64,000 nt of DNA. Source: Candidatus Marinacidobacterales bacterium. Its GTDB lineage: Bacteria > Acidobacteriota > Vicinamibacteria > Marinacidobacterales > DATDRI01. The stretch is from assembly GCA_965226495.1 (NCBI GenBank), contig OZ245365.1, positions 2,208,001-2,272,000 on the forward strand, read 5' to 3'. Position 1 is the stretch's first letter; the number at the start of each line of letters is the position of its first letter. The notes under the pieces were generated by a model, which ran no database searches, was not told the DNA's origin, and was given only the letters and a program-made list of their open reading frames with translations. This document shows, in pieces, positions 9,460 through 20,124 of the stretch. Made by a program: the position numbers and the translations under genes.

Positions 9460-9970
9460 TAAAGATGCTGACCAAGCGCCCGATTCGGAGCTCTCGAGAA
9501 GTCCCCACCACCGCCATCTCTCTCGACTGATTGGTAGCTGGGAAGGGATCAGCCGGACCTGGTTCGAGCCGGGGAAACTGGCCGACGAATCCCCAGTCAC
9601 CGGCACCATCCGACCGGTTCTCGACGGACGTTTCGTTGCACACGAGTATGAGAGTAGTTTGCAAGGGAAGCGGCTCGTCGGCATGGCGATCCATGGCTAC
9701 GCAATTCAGCGAAAGATGTTCGTCACCGCGTGGGTCGACGGTTTCCACATGGGAACGGACATCATGTTGTCCGAAGGCGGAAGCGAGTTCGAAGGTGACG
9801 GTTTCTCGGTGCTTGGTGGCTACGGCGATCCAAAGATTGGAGCGCGGTGGGACTGGCGGACGGAAGTGGAGCTTCAAGGTGAGGACGCGATGACGATCAC
9901 TCATTACAACATCGACCCCGCCGGCGAAGAGGCGAAAGCCGTTGAAATCCAATACAAGAGAAAGGCTTAA
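9452..9970 (+). CDS. DUF1579 domain protein
   Basis: HLSRLIGSWEG, LDGRF, WVDGFHMGT, ITHYNI; TTG 9452 after GGAGGAG, overlapping upstream stop. Confidence 0.8.
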   Translation: MPDKDADQAPDSELSRSPHHRHLSRLIGSWEGISRTWFEPGKLADESPVTGTIRPVLDGRFVAHEYESSLQGKRLVGMAIHGYAIQRKMFVTAWVDGFHMGTDIMLSEGGSEFEGDGFSVLGGYGDPKIGARWDWRTEVELQGEDAMTITHYNIDPAGEEAKAVEIQYKRKA

Positions 9971-9973
9971 TCG

Positions 9974-10516
9974 ATGACAAGGCTGTGTCTAATCATCTCG
10001 TTTGCTTTCTTGGGACGCGGAAGCTCGGCTCAGGAGGCTCCATCGCCCTATCGAGGGCAGGAAGGGCGGGAGATCAAGGCCCTCTCCGTCGAAGAGATCA
10101 ATGCGCTGCAGGCGGGAGAGGGTATGGGACTCGCAAAAGCCGCGGAGTTGAACCGTTATCCCGGACCGAAGCACGTTCTCGAGCTCGCCGAAGCACTCGA
10201 ACTGTCGGAAGAGCAAAGGACACGAACCCGGGAAGCTTTCGACCGAATGAAAGCAAATGCAGTCGGCCTGGGTTCCGCCATCGTCGAAAAAGAGATTGCC
10301 CTCGATCGGATGTTTCGCGAGCGCGTTATCGATCGGGAGAAACTAGAGGCCGCGGTGGGGGAAATCGCGAATCTGCAAGGAAGACTCCGGGTCGCTCATC
10401 TCGAGGCCCACCTCGAGCTCGAGTCTGTGCTCACCCAGGATCAAATCTCGCAGTACGTCGCGTTGCGCGGCTATCACGACCCGTCTGTGCACCACCAGCC
10501 TCAGAAGCACCATTGA
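9974..10516 (+). CDS. Spy/CpxP-like periplasmic protein (LTxxQ motif), possible metal-binding chaperone
   Basis: Signal peptide, GMGLAKAAELNRYPGPKHVL, LSEEQ, LTQDQ, His-rich tail. Confidence 0.75.
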   Translation: MTRLCLIISFAFLGRGSSAQEAPSPYRGQEGREIKALSVEEINALQAGEGMGLAKAAELNRYPGPKHVLELAEALELSEEQRTRTREAFDRMKANAVGLGSAIVEKEIALDRMFRERVIDREKLEAAVGEIANLQGRLRVAHLEAHLELESVLTQDQISQYVALRGYHDPSVHHQPQKHH

Positions 10517-10529
10517 GAGGAAGCCCTTT

Positions 10530-10859
10530 ATGAGCACGACGAGTGACGTTGCGGGTTTTACGTATGTGTGGAGCTATGAAGTGCGAGATACGCGCGAAGC
10601 CGATTTCGAGAGACTTTACGGTCCGGACGGTGGCTGGGCGCAGTTGTTTCGCAAGAGCTCGAATTATCTCGGCACCGACCTGCTTCGCGATCGAAAGAAC
10701 AAGAACCGCTACCTCACGGTCGACCGCTGGGACTCAGAGCCAGCGCACCGGACGTTTGTTTCGGAACACCGTGAGGAATTCGACGAGCTCGATCGGCAGG
10801 GAGAGGTGCTCACCCAGGACGAGAGCTTTGTCGGTGACTTCGATCCCGCCGGCATTTGA
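10530..10859 (+). CDS. antibiotic biosynthesis monooxygenase (ABM) family protein
   Basis: FERLYGPDGGWAQLF, YLTVDRWDS; ~109 aa ferredoxin-like pattern; RBS GAGGA. Confidence 0.75.
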   Translation: MSTTSDVAGFTYVWSYEVRDTREADFERLYGPDGGWAQLFRKSSNYLGTDLLRDRKNKNRYLTVDRWDSEPAHRTFVSEHREEFDELDRQGEVLTQDESFVGDFDPAGI

Positions 10860-10873
10860 GAAGTGTCCGTTTC

Positions 10874-11776
10874 CTAGAGCTCTTCGAAACCGACCTCCTC
10901 CGTCCGGATTTCGCTCGGCCGAATACGACCGCAGCCGCGTCGAACGCTGGCGGTGGCCGCCGCTATGCCTAGAGTTGCGATTTCCTGCAAAGAGCCGCCC
11001 CTAAGGTGTCCGGCGAGGAGTCCGGCGGCCAAAGCATCTCCGGCACCGGTAGGGTTCACCGGCGTTAACGCCGGAGGTTGGAGTCGACCCTCCAGACCCG
11101 ATGCGGACAAGACCGCGCCTTTGTCTCCCAGGGTGAGGACTACGAACTCGGCTCCGAAATTTCGGATCTCTCTGGCTGCGGCGATCTCATTGGAGATCGG
11201 GTGGCCCAAGAGCTCTTCGGCTTCCGCCTGGTTGGGTGTTGCATAAGTGGGACGTTCTTTGAGAGTCGCCTCGAGCGCGAGGCCAGAGGCGTCGACCAGA
11301 CAAGGTACCTCGGCATCGCGACAACCTTTTGCGATCCGGGCGTACGAGTCGCTGGGCATTCCCGGGGGGAGGCTACCCATCATCGCAACGGCATCGCTTT
11401 TGGGAACGAGCCTCGCAACGAGAGACAAGAGAGCATCGCTTTCCGTGACGGTCCGCCCGCTTTCGTTTACGACCGTGGCTTCGCCGTTCTTAGAGAGGAG
11501 GATTACGCACGTCCTGCTCTCGGATTCTATCGGGACGAGCTCTCGGCGCAACTTCTCCTCCGCCAGCCCGCGCTCGATGAAACGGCCGGATTCTCCGCCC
11601 ACGAAGCCACAAACCAGTGGTTCTTGCCCGAGGCTGCGAAGAGCTCTCGCCATGTTGACCCCCTTACCACCCGCTTGCCTCTCGTAGGACTGGCTCCGGT
11701 GTACGCGACCGGGGAGGAGTGTGTCGAGGCACAGCGTGTAATCTACGGCAAGGTTAGGACAGACAACGAGGACCAT
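10874..11776 (-). CDS. 1-phosphofructokinase / tagatose-6-phosphate kinase family (PfkB)
   Basis: NLAVD, AGGKGVNMA, GSLPPG, PNQAE, NPTGAGD motifs. Confidence 0.9.
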   Translation of the reverse strand: MVLVVCPNLAVDYTLCLDTLLPGRVHRSQSYERQAGGKGVNMARALRSLGQEPLVCGFVGGESGRFIERGLAEEKLRRELVPIESESRTCVILLSKNGEATVVNESGRTVTESDALLSLVARLVPKSDAVAMMGSLPPGMPSDSYARIAKGCRDAEVPCLVDASGLALEATLKERPTYATPNQAEAEELLGHPISNEIAAAREIRNFGAEFVVLTLGDKGAVLSASGLEGRLQPPALTPVNPTGAGDALAAGLLAGHLRGGSLQEIATLGIAAATASVRRGCGRIRPSEIRTEEVGFEEL

Positions 11777-11781
11777 GGGGC

Positions 11782-11811
11782 AGCGTAAACTGGGCCGCCG
11801 GTTGCGATCAA
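11782..11811 (-). promoter_or_regulatory. sigma70-type promoter, leaderless pfkB-family gene
   Basis: Minus strand TTGATC-N18-TACGCT-N5-ATG(11776). Confidence 0.45.
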
Positions 11812-11863
11812 GCGTTCTTGATGACCAAAATGAACCGATCCTAGACTCCCTCTAAAGAAAGCA

Positions 11864-14368
11864 TTGATGTCGATGAAGCCCAAAACTCAGGAAACGGCTT
11901 CCAAGAAGGGTATTGACCCGGTTTGTGGCATGGAGGTCGATCCGAAAACGGCTCGACACAGCGCAACCCAGAACGGAGAGACGTACTCTTTTTGCGCGGA
12001 GGGTTGCAAGAACGCCTTCGAGAAGGATCCTGGCGCTTATCTCGGTCGCGACCTAGGGGCTCATACGGGATCGGAGCAGGCCGTCGAGCCGGCGACCGCT
12101 TCGGTCGACGTTAGTGGGCTCGCCAGGTTGGACGCTCCGGTCCAAGGGATTCACTGCGCGAGTTGTGTCGGGACCATCGAGCAGGCCGTGACTGGGCTGC
12201 CGGGCGTCGAAAAGGCGGTCGTCAACTTTGCCACCGAGCGGGTTTCCGTCGCCTACCATCCGGAGCGAGTCGACATTTCGCAAATCGAACAAGCAGTGGC
12301 GGCGTCGGGACCCTATCGTCTTCTGGTGACGGACTCGGGGGCGGCGTCGGAGGACGTCGAGCGGGAAGTGCGGGAGGCCGAGTATCGGACCCTGAAGTCG
12401 AAGCTTTTCTTCTCTGCGGTGCTCACGGTTCTTATCATGCTCGCGAGCAAGGTGTCGCCCGAGAGCCTGGGAATGTCGGAGCGGAGCCTCGGCGCCGTCC
12501 TCTACTTGATGGCAACTCTGCTGGTGTTTTGGTGCGGGGGGCAGTTTCTTAGGGGCTTCTTCCTTGGGCTCCGGTCCTTCAGTTTCAACATGGACAGCCT
12601 CATCGCGATGGGTGCCTCGGCGGCTTACGTCTATAGCGCGGTCGCTACTTTCGTCCCGAGTCTTTTTCCGTCGGGTCAATCGCCCGTGCTGTACTACGAC
12701 ACCGCGGGCATGATTATCACTTTGGTGCTTTTGGGTAAGGTGCTCGAGGCGCGTGCCAAGGGCAGAGCCTCGAACGCGATCAAGAAACTGATCGGACTTC
12801 AAGCAAAAACGGCCCGCGTCGCGCGTGATGGACACGAGGTGGATATTCCAGTGGAAGATGTTCGGGCGGGGGATGTCGTCAGCGTGCGACCGGGAGAGAA
12901 GATTCCCGTGGATGGCGTTATCCTAGAAGGTCGCTCGACGGTCGACGAGTCTTTAGTCACGGGGGAAAGTCTTCCCGTCGACAAGACTCGTGGAGACAAG
13001 GTCGTGGGCGGAACTTTGAACCAAGTAGGAACGTTCCGTTTCCAGGCCACCGAGGTAGGAAGTGAGACGGTCTTGGCGCAAATCATTCGACTCGTCCAAG
13101 AAGCGCAGGGCTCCAAGGCTCCGATACAACGCCTGGCGGACAAGATCGCGGGGGTGTTCGTTCCGATTGTCGTTATGATTGCGGTTCTGACTTTTGTAGT
13201 TTGGTACGTATTCGGCCCGCCACCGGCCTTCAACTTCGCGCTCCTAAATGCCATCGCGGTTTTGATTATTGCTTGCCCCTGCGCCCTCGGTCTTGCCACG
13301 CCGACCGCCATCGTTGTCGCAACCGGGCGAGGTGCGGAGCGCGGAGTGCTGATCAAATCTGCAGTTTCCCTCGAACGTTTGCATGTCGTGGATACCGTCA
13401 TTCTCGACAAGACGGGAACGGTAACCGAAGGCAGACTCACGGTCACCGACATCGTAGCGGCTGAGGGGAATGAAACGTGGCAGGTCCTTGCCATGGCGGC
13501 ATCCGCCGAGATCGCCTCTGAGCACCCAGTGGGACGGGCGGTAGTGGATTATGCGCGAGGGATGAATGTCGGCCTCTTTCCCCTAGAGAGTTTCGAGGCC
13601 ATCCCGGGGCGCGGCGTTCGGGCGATGGTCGCGAGTAAGAAACTCCTTCTCGGCAACCTGCGGTTTATGAAAGAGGAAGGCGTGGAGCTTGGAAGGTTGG
13701 AGGAGGGCGCGCACCACCTCTCCGAGGAAGGCAAGAGCTCGATGTTCGTCGTCGTGGATGGAACCCTGGCGGGAATCCTGGGAGTTGCGGATTCGCTGAG
13801 GGAGAGCTCGACCCCCGCAGTCAGTGCTCTGAAGAAGTTGGGTCTTGAGGTCTACCTGATCACCGGTGACAGCCGTCGCACCGCGGAGACCATCGCTGCC
13901 AAGGTGGGGATCGATCGTGTTATGGCGGAGGTGCTTCCCGATCGTAAGACCGAAGAGGTGAAACGCCTGCAGCAAGAAGGCGCGGTGGTGGCCATGGTTG
14001 GCGACGGGATCAACGACGCTCCAGCGCTAGCACAAGCCGATGTCGGTATCGCCATCGGTTCGGGTACGGACATCGCCATGGAGGCGGCGGATATCACTCT
14101 CGTGAAGGGTGGTATCGAAGGCGTGGTGGAGGCGATTCAGCTGTCGCGCCGAACGCTCGAGATCATCAGGCAGAATTTGTTTTGGGCTTTTTTCTACAAC
14201 TCTGCCGGCATCCCGGTGGCAGCTGGAATACTCTATCCGGTCTTTGGCGTTCTCCTGTCCCCGGTGATTGCTGCGGGCGCGATGGCGATGAGCTCGGTCT
14301 CGGTTGTACTGAACGCCTTACGGCTGCGTCGTTTCAAGGCTGCTGAGCTGCCTTCCGCAACCCCTTGA
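11864..14368 (+). CDS. copA: copper-translocating P1B-type ATPase with N-terminal YHS/TRASH and HMA domains
   Basis: [45 protein letters not shown] and MAMSS. Confidence 0.95.
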   Translation: MMSMKPKTQETASKKGIDPVCGMEVDPKTARHSATQNGETYSFCAEGCKNAFEKDPGAYLGRDLGAHTGSEQAVEPATASVDVSGLARLDAPVQGIHCASCVGTIEQAVTGLPGVEKAVVNFATERVSVAYHPERVDISQIEQAVAASGPYRLLVTDSGAASEDVEREVREAEYRTLKSKLFFSAVLTVLIMLASKVSPESLGMSERSLGAVLYLMATLLVFWCGGQFLRGFFLGLRSFSFNMDSLIAMGASAAYVYSAVATFVPSLFPSGQSPVLYYDTAGMIITLVLLGKVLEARAKGRASNAIKKLIGLQAKTARVARDGHEVDIPVEDVRAGDVVSVRPGEKIPVDGVILEGRSTVDESLVTGESLPVDKTRGDKVVGGTLNQVGTFRFQATEVGSETVLAQIIRLVQEAQGSKAPIQRLADKIAGVFVPIVVMIAVLTFVVWYVFGPPPAFNFALLNAIAVLIIACPCALGLATPTAIVVATGRGAERGVLIKSAVSLERLHVVDTVILDKTGTVTEGRLTVTDIVAAEGNETWQVLAMAASAEIASEHPVGRAVVDYARGMNVGLFPLESFEAIPGRGVRAMVASKKLLLGNLRFMKEEGVELGRLEEGAHHLSEEGKSSMFVVVDGTLAGILGVADSLRESSTPAVSALKKLGLEVYLITGDSRRTAETIAAKVGIDRVMAEVLPDRKTEEVKRLQQEGAVVAMVGDGINDAPALAQADVGIAIGSGTDIAMEAADITLVKGGIEGVVEAIQLSRRTLEIIRQNLFWAFFYNSAGIPVAAGILYPVFGVLLSPVIAAGAMAMSSVSVVLNALRLRRFKAAELPSATP

Positions 14369-14391
14369 GAAAACGCCAGGACGCGCGCGGC

Positions 14392-17262
14392 TCAGGACGC
14401 GTGTTTGACCGGGCGCCCGCCCGAGCCTGGGGTCTTGCGGAGCTCGAAAAAATGGGTGTAGGCTTTGCGGAAACGATCTGAGAGGGCTCGATCCATATCA
14501 CCGATGATCGGGCCTAGGCGCTCCCAGTTGGCTTTGAGGCGTTCCACTTCTTGAGTGGCAGCCCGCCAGTTCTTCGTCTTTTCGATGACGGCAGCCCCGC
14601 CGATGGTGTTGGCGGCGAGCGCCTGCTTGAGTTTTTGCGCGAGATCCTCGACCGGAGCGTCGCCGGGGGTGTCGGCATAGCTGCCCACCAATTCTTCGAG
14701 GCGCGTGCATAGTTTTTTCCGCCGTTTCCGGTTGGCTCGCGGATCGAGCGGTGTCCCTTGTAGGCTTTCCGGAAACACCGCAACGATCTGTTCACACGAT
14801 TTCTGGAGCCGGGTATCGAGTGGCTCGGCTTGCTCGAGTGGTACCGTTCCCGTATCCGTCCACTCCGCCCATGCCTCCTGAACTTCTTTGGTGACCGCTT
14901 CTGCGGGGGGGGCGTCGTCGGCCTGAACAGAAGCGGCTAGAGCTTCGAGCCTCTCGCAAATGGACGCCTTGTTCTCGAGCTTGTCTTCGATCTCGAGCTC
15001 GCCGCGACGTTTGCGTCGGTCGAAGAAGTGGTCGCAGGCCTTGCGGAATCGGTTCCAGAGCGCGTCGGATTTCTTGTGCGGCACTGGCCCAACGGTCTTC
15101 CACTTGGCTTGGAGCTGCTTGATTTGCTTGGCTGTCTCATCCCAATCCTTGGAATCGGCAAGCGCTTCGACTTGTTCGCAGAGCTCGATCTTCTTCTTCG
15201 AGTTGCTGTCCCTCTCATGCTTGAGTTGGTCCAGCTGTTCCTTGCGTCGTTCGAAAAATTGGTCGCAGGGCGCCCGGAAGCGTCGCCAGATCGCCTTAGC
15301 ATGCTTCTGGGGCACCGGGCCTAGCTCCTTCCACTCCGCTTGGGCCTTCTTGATCGCTTCGGCGGTTTTGTTCCACTGGTTGGAATCGGCCAGCGCTTCG
15401 ACTTTCTCGCAGAGCGCCTCTTTTTTCTTGAAGTTGTCGGCGAAAAAAGCGTCGCAACGAGCGTGAAGCTCGTCGCGAACTTGGCTGAAACGCTTCCACA
15501 GCGCTTCTGATTTAGCGCGGGGGGCGGCTCCGACGCGTTTCCATTCTTGCTGAATCTGTCTCAATTGTGTCGAGACCGCGGCGAGATCTTCCGATTGAGC
15601 GAGCTCTTCCGCCTTCTGGATCAACTTCTCTTGAATGTCGACATTGGCCCAACGCCTCCATTCCTCGGTCTCCCGCTGATCCTGAAATTTGGTGTAGAGG
15701 TCGTGCCGCGCCTTGGTCAGGCGATCCTTCCAAGCCCTTCGATTCTCGGTCGAGGGTAAGGGGCCGAGGTCCTTGAGCACCTGAGGTAGCTTTTTAAGCT
15801 CGCGATCGGCGGCCTTCAAGCTCAACTCTTTCGACTGAACCAGCTTATCGATTCGAGCCGAGAACTCCTTTAGGCGGTCTAGATTCTTTTGTTGCAACTG
15901 TTCCTGTTGTTCAGCCTCTTTTTTTCGTCGCTCGGTCAGTCGCTCGCCGGCCAGGATGAATCGTTGGCGACCCGAAGTGGTGAGTTCCTTCCACCGCTCG
16001 GCTTCTCGCGATGCCTCGATCTTCGCCCATCGCTTTTCGATCATCGGCCAGTCGCGCACCGCGTCGGGGAGGGGGGTCGAGTCGGCGAACTTGTCGGCGT
16101 CGGCAAACAGTTTTTTGAGCTGGATCCGAAACGCTTCCTCGGCGCGGGAGCTCTCGTACCCGGTCTCGCCGCGTTCCACGGCGCGTTCGAACCTCGTCGT
16201 TAGCTCCACGGCGTCGTTATCTTCACCTTCTGGCGAGGACGGGAGCGGTTGCAGAGCTTGCCAAGCGGCGCGAGCCTCTTGGAGGTCTTGAAGTGTCGTT
16301 TCTCCGTCGAGCGACTCCACCTTTTGGCAGAGAGCGAGGCGTGCGGCGAGGTTTTCCTGGATCTCGGCCTTCCTCCGTTCCATTGCCAGTCTACGTTCTT
16401 TCTGACGTGCCACTTCGTCGGCGATCGCTTGCCGAGCAGCCTGGAAGCGTTCCTTGGCCGTTTCATCGGGCTGAGTCTTGTCGGCCAAATCGTCCCATTC
16501 CGCTTGTGCCTCCTGCAGTTTCTCGGTTGCGGACAAGGGCTCTTTCGCGAGCTCCTCCACATCCTTGCTGAGCTCGTCTTGGCGTTTGCGCCGTTGCTCT
16601 ACGCGTAGAGGATGATCATCGGTGATGACTGCCTCGAAGCGAGCCTCGGCCCTCTGTCGAACGTTCTTGTGGGCGGAGCGCTCCCGGGCGATGGCGTACA
16701 GTGACTCGGGATCACTTATTTTCTCGACCGCGGCCAGCGCCAACTCCGAGTCGACGTCGCTCGTAGCAATGGCCTGTAGGAGGGAGGGGTTGCCTAGTTT
16801 GCCTAGGGCTTCTTTTCGGAGTCCGAGGACGCTGGCTTTGCGAACGACGTCTGCGAGGGCTCTGTCATCGGAGAGTTGGCCGAGTGCGGCTTCCTGGATC
16901 GTTCGGTGTGATGCGGAGATGGCGACCCTTGCCAGATGCCGGGGGTTCGAAAGCTTCACCAGTGCCTCTTCGCATACCGCAGGAGCGCCATCGGATGCGG
17001 CCACCGCGGTAAGGATATCTGCCGCCCGCTCGGCCGCCAGCTCCCGAAGCCCTTCGTTGGGGTCTCGCTCCGAAACCTCTTCCAACTTAGCGGGGTCTTC
17101 CAACCTCTTTATGGCACTTCGCCTAACCCGGACGTCTTGGTCTTCCAGCGCGACGGCGCTCAAAAGCTCCTGATCGTCCTTGCCAAGTTGGCGCACCGCG
17201 GAGAGCCGGACTTCGGGGTCACTGTGGTGCCATTTGGGGCGAATACGGTCGAGCAGCTTCAT
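14392..17262 (-). CDS. DUF349 domain protein
   Basis: N-terminal HEAT-like region (PKWHHSDPEVR); repeated WK..GPVP....ALW.RF..ACD.FF units; long helical protein. Confidence 0.85.
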   Translation of the reverse strand: MKLLDRIRPKWHHSDPEVRLSAVRQLGKDDQELLSAVALEDQDVRVRRSAIKRLEDPAKLEEVSERDPNEGLRELAAERAADILTAVAASDGAPAVCEEALVKLSNPRHLARVAISASHRTIQEAALGQLSDDRALADVVRKASVLGLRKEALGKLGNPSLLQAIATSDVDSELALAAVEKISDPESLYAIARERSAHKNVRQRAEARFEAVITDDHPLRVEQRRKRQDELSKDVEELAKEPLSATEKLQEAQAEWDDLADKTQPDETAKERFQAARQAIADEVARQKERRLAMERRKAEIQENLAARLALCQKVESLDGETTLQDLQEARAAWQALQPLPSSPEGEDNDAVELTTRFERAVERGETGYESSRAEEAFRIQLKKLFADADKFADSTPLPDAVRDWPMIEKRWAKIEASREAERWKELTTSGRQRFILAGERLTERRKKEAEQQEQLQQKNLDRLKEFSARIDKLVQSKELSLKAADRELKKLPQVLKDLGPLPSTENRRAWKDRLTKARHDLYTKFQDQRETEEWRRWANVDIQEKLIQKAEELAQSEDLAAVSTQLRQIQQEWKRVGAAPRAKSEALWKRFSQVRDELHARCDAFFADNFKKKEALCEKVEALADSNQWNKTAEAIKKAQAEWKELGPVPQKHAKAIWRRFRAPCDQFFERRKEQLDQLKHERDSNSKKKIELCEQVEALADSKDWDETAKQIKQLQAKWKTVGPVPHKKSDALWNRFRKACDHFFDRRKRRGELEIEDKLENKASICERLEALAASVQADDAPPAEAVTKEVQEAWAEWTDTGTVPLEQAEPLDTRLQKSCEQIVAVFPESLQGTPLDPRANRKRRKKLCTRLEELVGSYADTPGDAPVEDLAQKLKQALAANTIGGAAVIEKTKNWRAATQEVERLKANWERLGPIIGDMDRALSDRFRKAYTHFFELRKTPGSGGRPVKHAS

Positions 17263-17561
17263 ACGTTAAAGTTGGATGCTCGAAACGCTAGTCGGGTCCA
17301 ACCACGCCGAGCAGATCGAAGATCCTCAATATAACCCAAAACTGCCGCCTGGCGAAATGGAGACTGGCGTCCTATGACCGTAGTTCGTGGCAACGTCCTT
17401 CATTGGACGCCAAGAGGGATCGGCCGGCGGCCAGCATGATAGTGCCGACCGCCGGCGAAATTGATGGTGGCAGCGCTGTCCTTTGGTGGCCGAACATAGG
17501 ATCACGTTCGCGGCGTCTAGGGTGGCGTCCGACCCGAAAGCCGCGTGCTAGAATCTCCATC

Positions 17562-18713
17562 GTGTTGATGCGGCTTCTCAACTCTGTCGTCGGCTTCGAT
17601 AGGATCAAGCATCGTGGCGATCGCCACTTTGTCGATGGCGATTTTCACCGCGCGAAACGGGAGTATGAGAGAGCGCGCTCCACTCTAGCTCCTTTGGATT
17701 ATCGCGGCGCGACCATCGACGCGCTCATCCGAGAATGCTCGGCACGGACGGGCGAGCCGGTCGAGTTGATGGGGGAGGGGTCGCGTATCGGGGCGCCATC
17801 TCCTCCGATTTCCCCGATCTCGATGACCGCCGAAGAGGAACCACCGTTCGTTCCGGACATGAACGATTTTCTCGAGCTGGCGATTGCTGGGAAAGCGCCG
17901 GAAAGGGCCGCCATGTACCGCGGCCTTCGGTGGGAGTTCGAAGCGGGATACGTGGCTCTCGCCCAAGGAGAACCGGAACGAGCCATCGAGCTCCTCCAGT
18001 TGGCGGGACGCAAGTTGCGCCCGACCTTCGTGCTCCATCTCGAGCTCGGTCGCGCGATGAGTATGGTTGGGGATATGACGGCGGCGCTGGCGGAGCTCGA
18101 AAAAGCAACGCAGCTGTCGCCCACCGATCTGGAGGCATCGAACCTAATGGGCGCGGTGCTGATTCAGCTGGGCAAGCCTGAAGACGCGGAGAAAGTACTA
18201 CTCCCGTTGATCGATCGTCAGGAGGCGGGGGTCGAGTCGCTCTTCCTACTCGGCCGGTCCCTGGCTTGCCAGGGGAGGCGGGGGGAGGCTCTCGCACGGT
18301 TCCGGGAAGCCGTCGAGCGAGACGGTGGTTTTCATGATGCCTACTTCGAAGCCGGTCGGCTCTTGAAGGAAGAAGGTGACGACGCCGGCGCTCTTCGCCT
18401 TTTGCAGCAGGCGTGCTCCATACTTCCCGACGAGGTCGACTATAACCGTGAGCTTGCGACGCTCGTGCTCGCAAGAGAGTTGGATGTGGACGCTGGTCTT
18501 GCCGCCTGCGATCGACTCATGATCACCGACGAGGAGAATCGTTGGGAGTATCTCTCCTGGATTGCGGAACTCTACCTACGAAACGGTTGGCGGCGGGAGG
18601 CCATCGATCCCTTGCGCAAGGCGATTGCTCTCGTCCCATCCGATCGGCCCAAGGAGAGGTTCGGGCTGCAAACACGGTTAGCCGATCTAGAGAGGATTCC
18701 GAACGGCGCGTGA
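17562..18713 (+). CDS. tetratricopeptide repeat protein
   Basis: Multiple TPR-like helix pairs (HLELGRAM, LFLLGRSL, AYFEAGRLL); start set at GTG 17562, 7 nt after extended -10 TGCTAGAAT (17546-17554). Confidence 0.8.
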   Translation: MLMRLLNSVVGFDRIKHRGDRHFVDGDFHRAKREYERARSTLAPLDYRGATIDALIRECSARTGEPVELMGEGSRIGAPSPPISPISMTAEEEPPFVPDMNDFLELAIAGKAPERAAMYRGLRWEFEAGYVALAQGEPERAIELLQLAGRKLRPTFVLHLELGRAMSMVGDMTAALAELEKATQLSPTDLEASNLMGAVLIQLGKPEDAEKVLLPLIDRQEAGVESLFLLGRSLACQGRRGEALARFREAVERDGGFHDAYFEAGRLLKEEGDDAGALRLLQQACSILPDEVDYNRELATLVLARELDVDAGLAACDRLMITDEENRWEYLSWIAELYLRNGWRREAIDPLRKAIALVPSDRPKERFGLQTRLADLERIPNGA

Positions 18714-18735
18714 ACTAGCATTTCGTTTACTCTGC

Positions 18736-19992
18736 TCAGACGCCCATGGAGCTCAGAACCAAGCGTGCGGCTCCCGCGACGAAGACCACCCAGGCCGGGT
18801 TGGGACGCAACCAAAGCAAAGCGGCGCAAGAGAGACCGGCGATGACCAATCCCACCGGACCGACGACTCCGGCTCTGCCCAAGCTGATCGCGGCGGCTAG
18901 CAACATCCCCAAGACCGCCGGGGCCAGACCCTTGAGGAACGCGTTCACCTGGCGATTGCTGCGGAATTGATCCAGATAGCGCGCTGCAGAAGAGGCAAGC
19001 AGAAACGAAGGAAAGAAGATCGCCAAGGTGGCGACGATCGCGCCTGTGAGCCCGGCGGCCTTGAAACCGATGAACGTGGCAGTGATGACGACGGGGCCGG
19101 GAGTCACTTGTCCAAGCGCCATGGCATCGGCGAATTCCTGACTCGTGAGCCAACCTGCCTGAGTGACGACCTCATGCTCGAGCAGGGGGATCATCACGAA
19201 GCCGCCTCCGAAAGTGATGGCTCCAGCCGTCAGAAAAACCCGCAGGATCTCCCAGAGGACGCCCGCGCTGACGAGGGGGACGAGGACCCAAGGGAGAAAG
19301 CACAGCAGGGTCGGCGGTTCGTCGCTGGCTCTTCTTTTGCCTTTCTTTCTACGAGACCGTCGCTTGCGGTTCTCTTGAAAAGAGTCGGTGAAGATCCCGA
19401 TGAGGCCGGCGAGCAAAATCACCTCGATGGCGGCGGTACCCGACAAAACCAACAGCGCGCAAGAGAGAGCCGCGAGGCTGAAACTCCAGGCCGACTTGAT
19501 GGCTCTTTGGCCCAGGTTCAAGGTTAGAGCCAGGATGAGACCGACAACGGCCGAGGTCAGTCCTTCGAAAAGTGCATCCATGCGCGGTAGGTCGCGAAAA
19601 TACGGGTAAGCGAGGGCGGCCGCGAGCATGAGAAGGAACGACGGCAACACAAAAGTGAACGTCGAGAGAGCGGCCCCAAGCCAACCGCTGAGTCGCATGG
19701 CGATGAACGCGGTGGTGTTGGCAGCAACCGCGCCCGGTAGGCTTTGACCAATCGCGAAGGCCTCCAGGACATCGTCTTCGCTCATCCACTTCCGCTTCTG
19801 CATCTCGCGTTCGATGAGACTCAGCACTGCCATCCCACCTCCGAAACCGGTCGCACCGATTTGCAGAAACGCGAGTGCGAGTTGGGAAACCGTCGGTTTC
19901 CGTCGCGCCGCTGCGGTCACAGGGTCACGACCTGGAAGGGAGTCTCGTGGGGCAGCGGGCGATCGCGCCACGATGGCATGCCCGTGTCGCAA
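18736..19992 (-). CDS. chrA: chromate efflux transporter (long-chain CHR)
   Basis: Two halves with GFGGG/TFGGG and QSLPG/QVTPGP motifs; true start may be GTG 19920. Confidence 0.9.
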   Translation of the reverse strand: MRHGHAIVARSPAAPRDSLPGRDPVTAAARRKPTVSQLALAFLQIGATGFGGGMAVLSLIEREMQKRKWMSEDDVLEAFAIGQSLPGAVAANTTAFIAMRLSGWLGAALSTFTFVLPSFLLMLAAALAYPYFRDLPRMDALFEGLTSAVVGLILALTLNLGQRAIKSAWSFSLAALSCALLVLSGTAAIEVILLAGLIGIFTDSFQENRKRRSRRKKGKRRASDEPPTLLCFLPWVLVPLVSAGVLWEILRVFLTAGAITFGGGFVMIPLLEHEVVTQAGWLTSQEFADAMALGQVTPGPVVITATFIGFKAAGLTGAIVATLAIFFPSFLLASSAARYLDQFRSNRQVNAFLKGLAPAVLGMLLAAAISLGRAGVVGPVGLVIAGLSCAALLWLRPNPAWVVFVAGAARLVLSSMGV

Positions 19993-20124
19993 CCGATAGA
20001 ATTGCGATTGTCGATGATGAACCCGTCGTACATGCGGATAGCGTGAAATGTTATCACTCCCGTCATCCGCCGAGCAAACTGACTTGATTGAAGTTGGCTT
20101 CCTTCCATTAATCAGCAGGCTCGC

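Noticed and set aside
5705-19992. Rhodanese and ChrA as selenium-handling partners of senAB
   Set aside because: They are more than 10 kb away in separate units and are widespread genes; nothing in the sequence links them.
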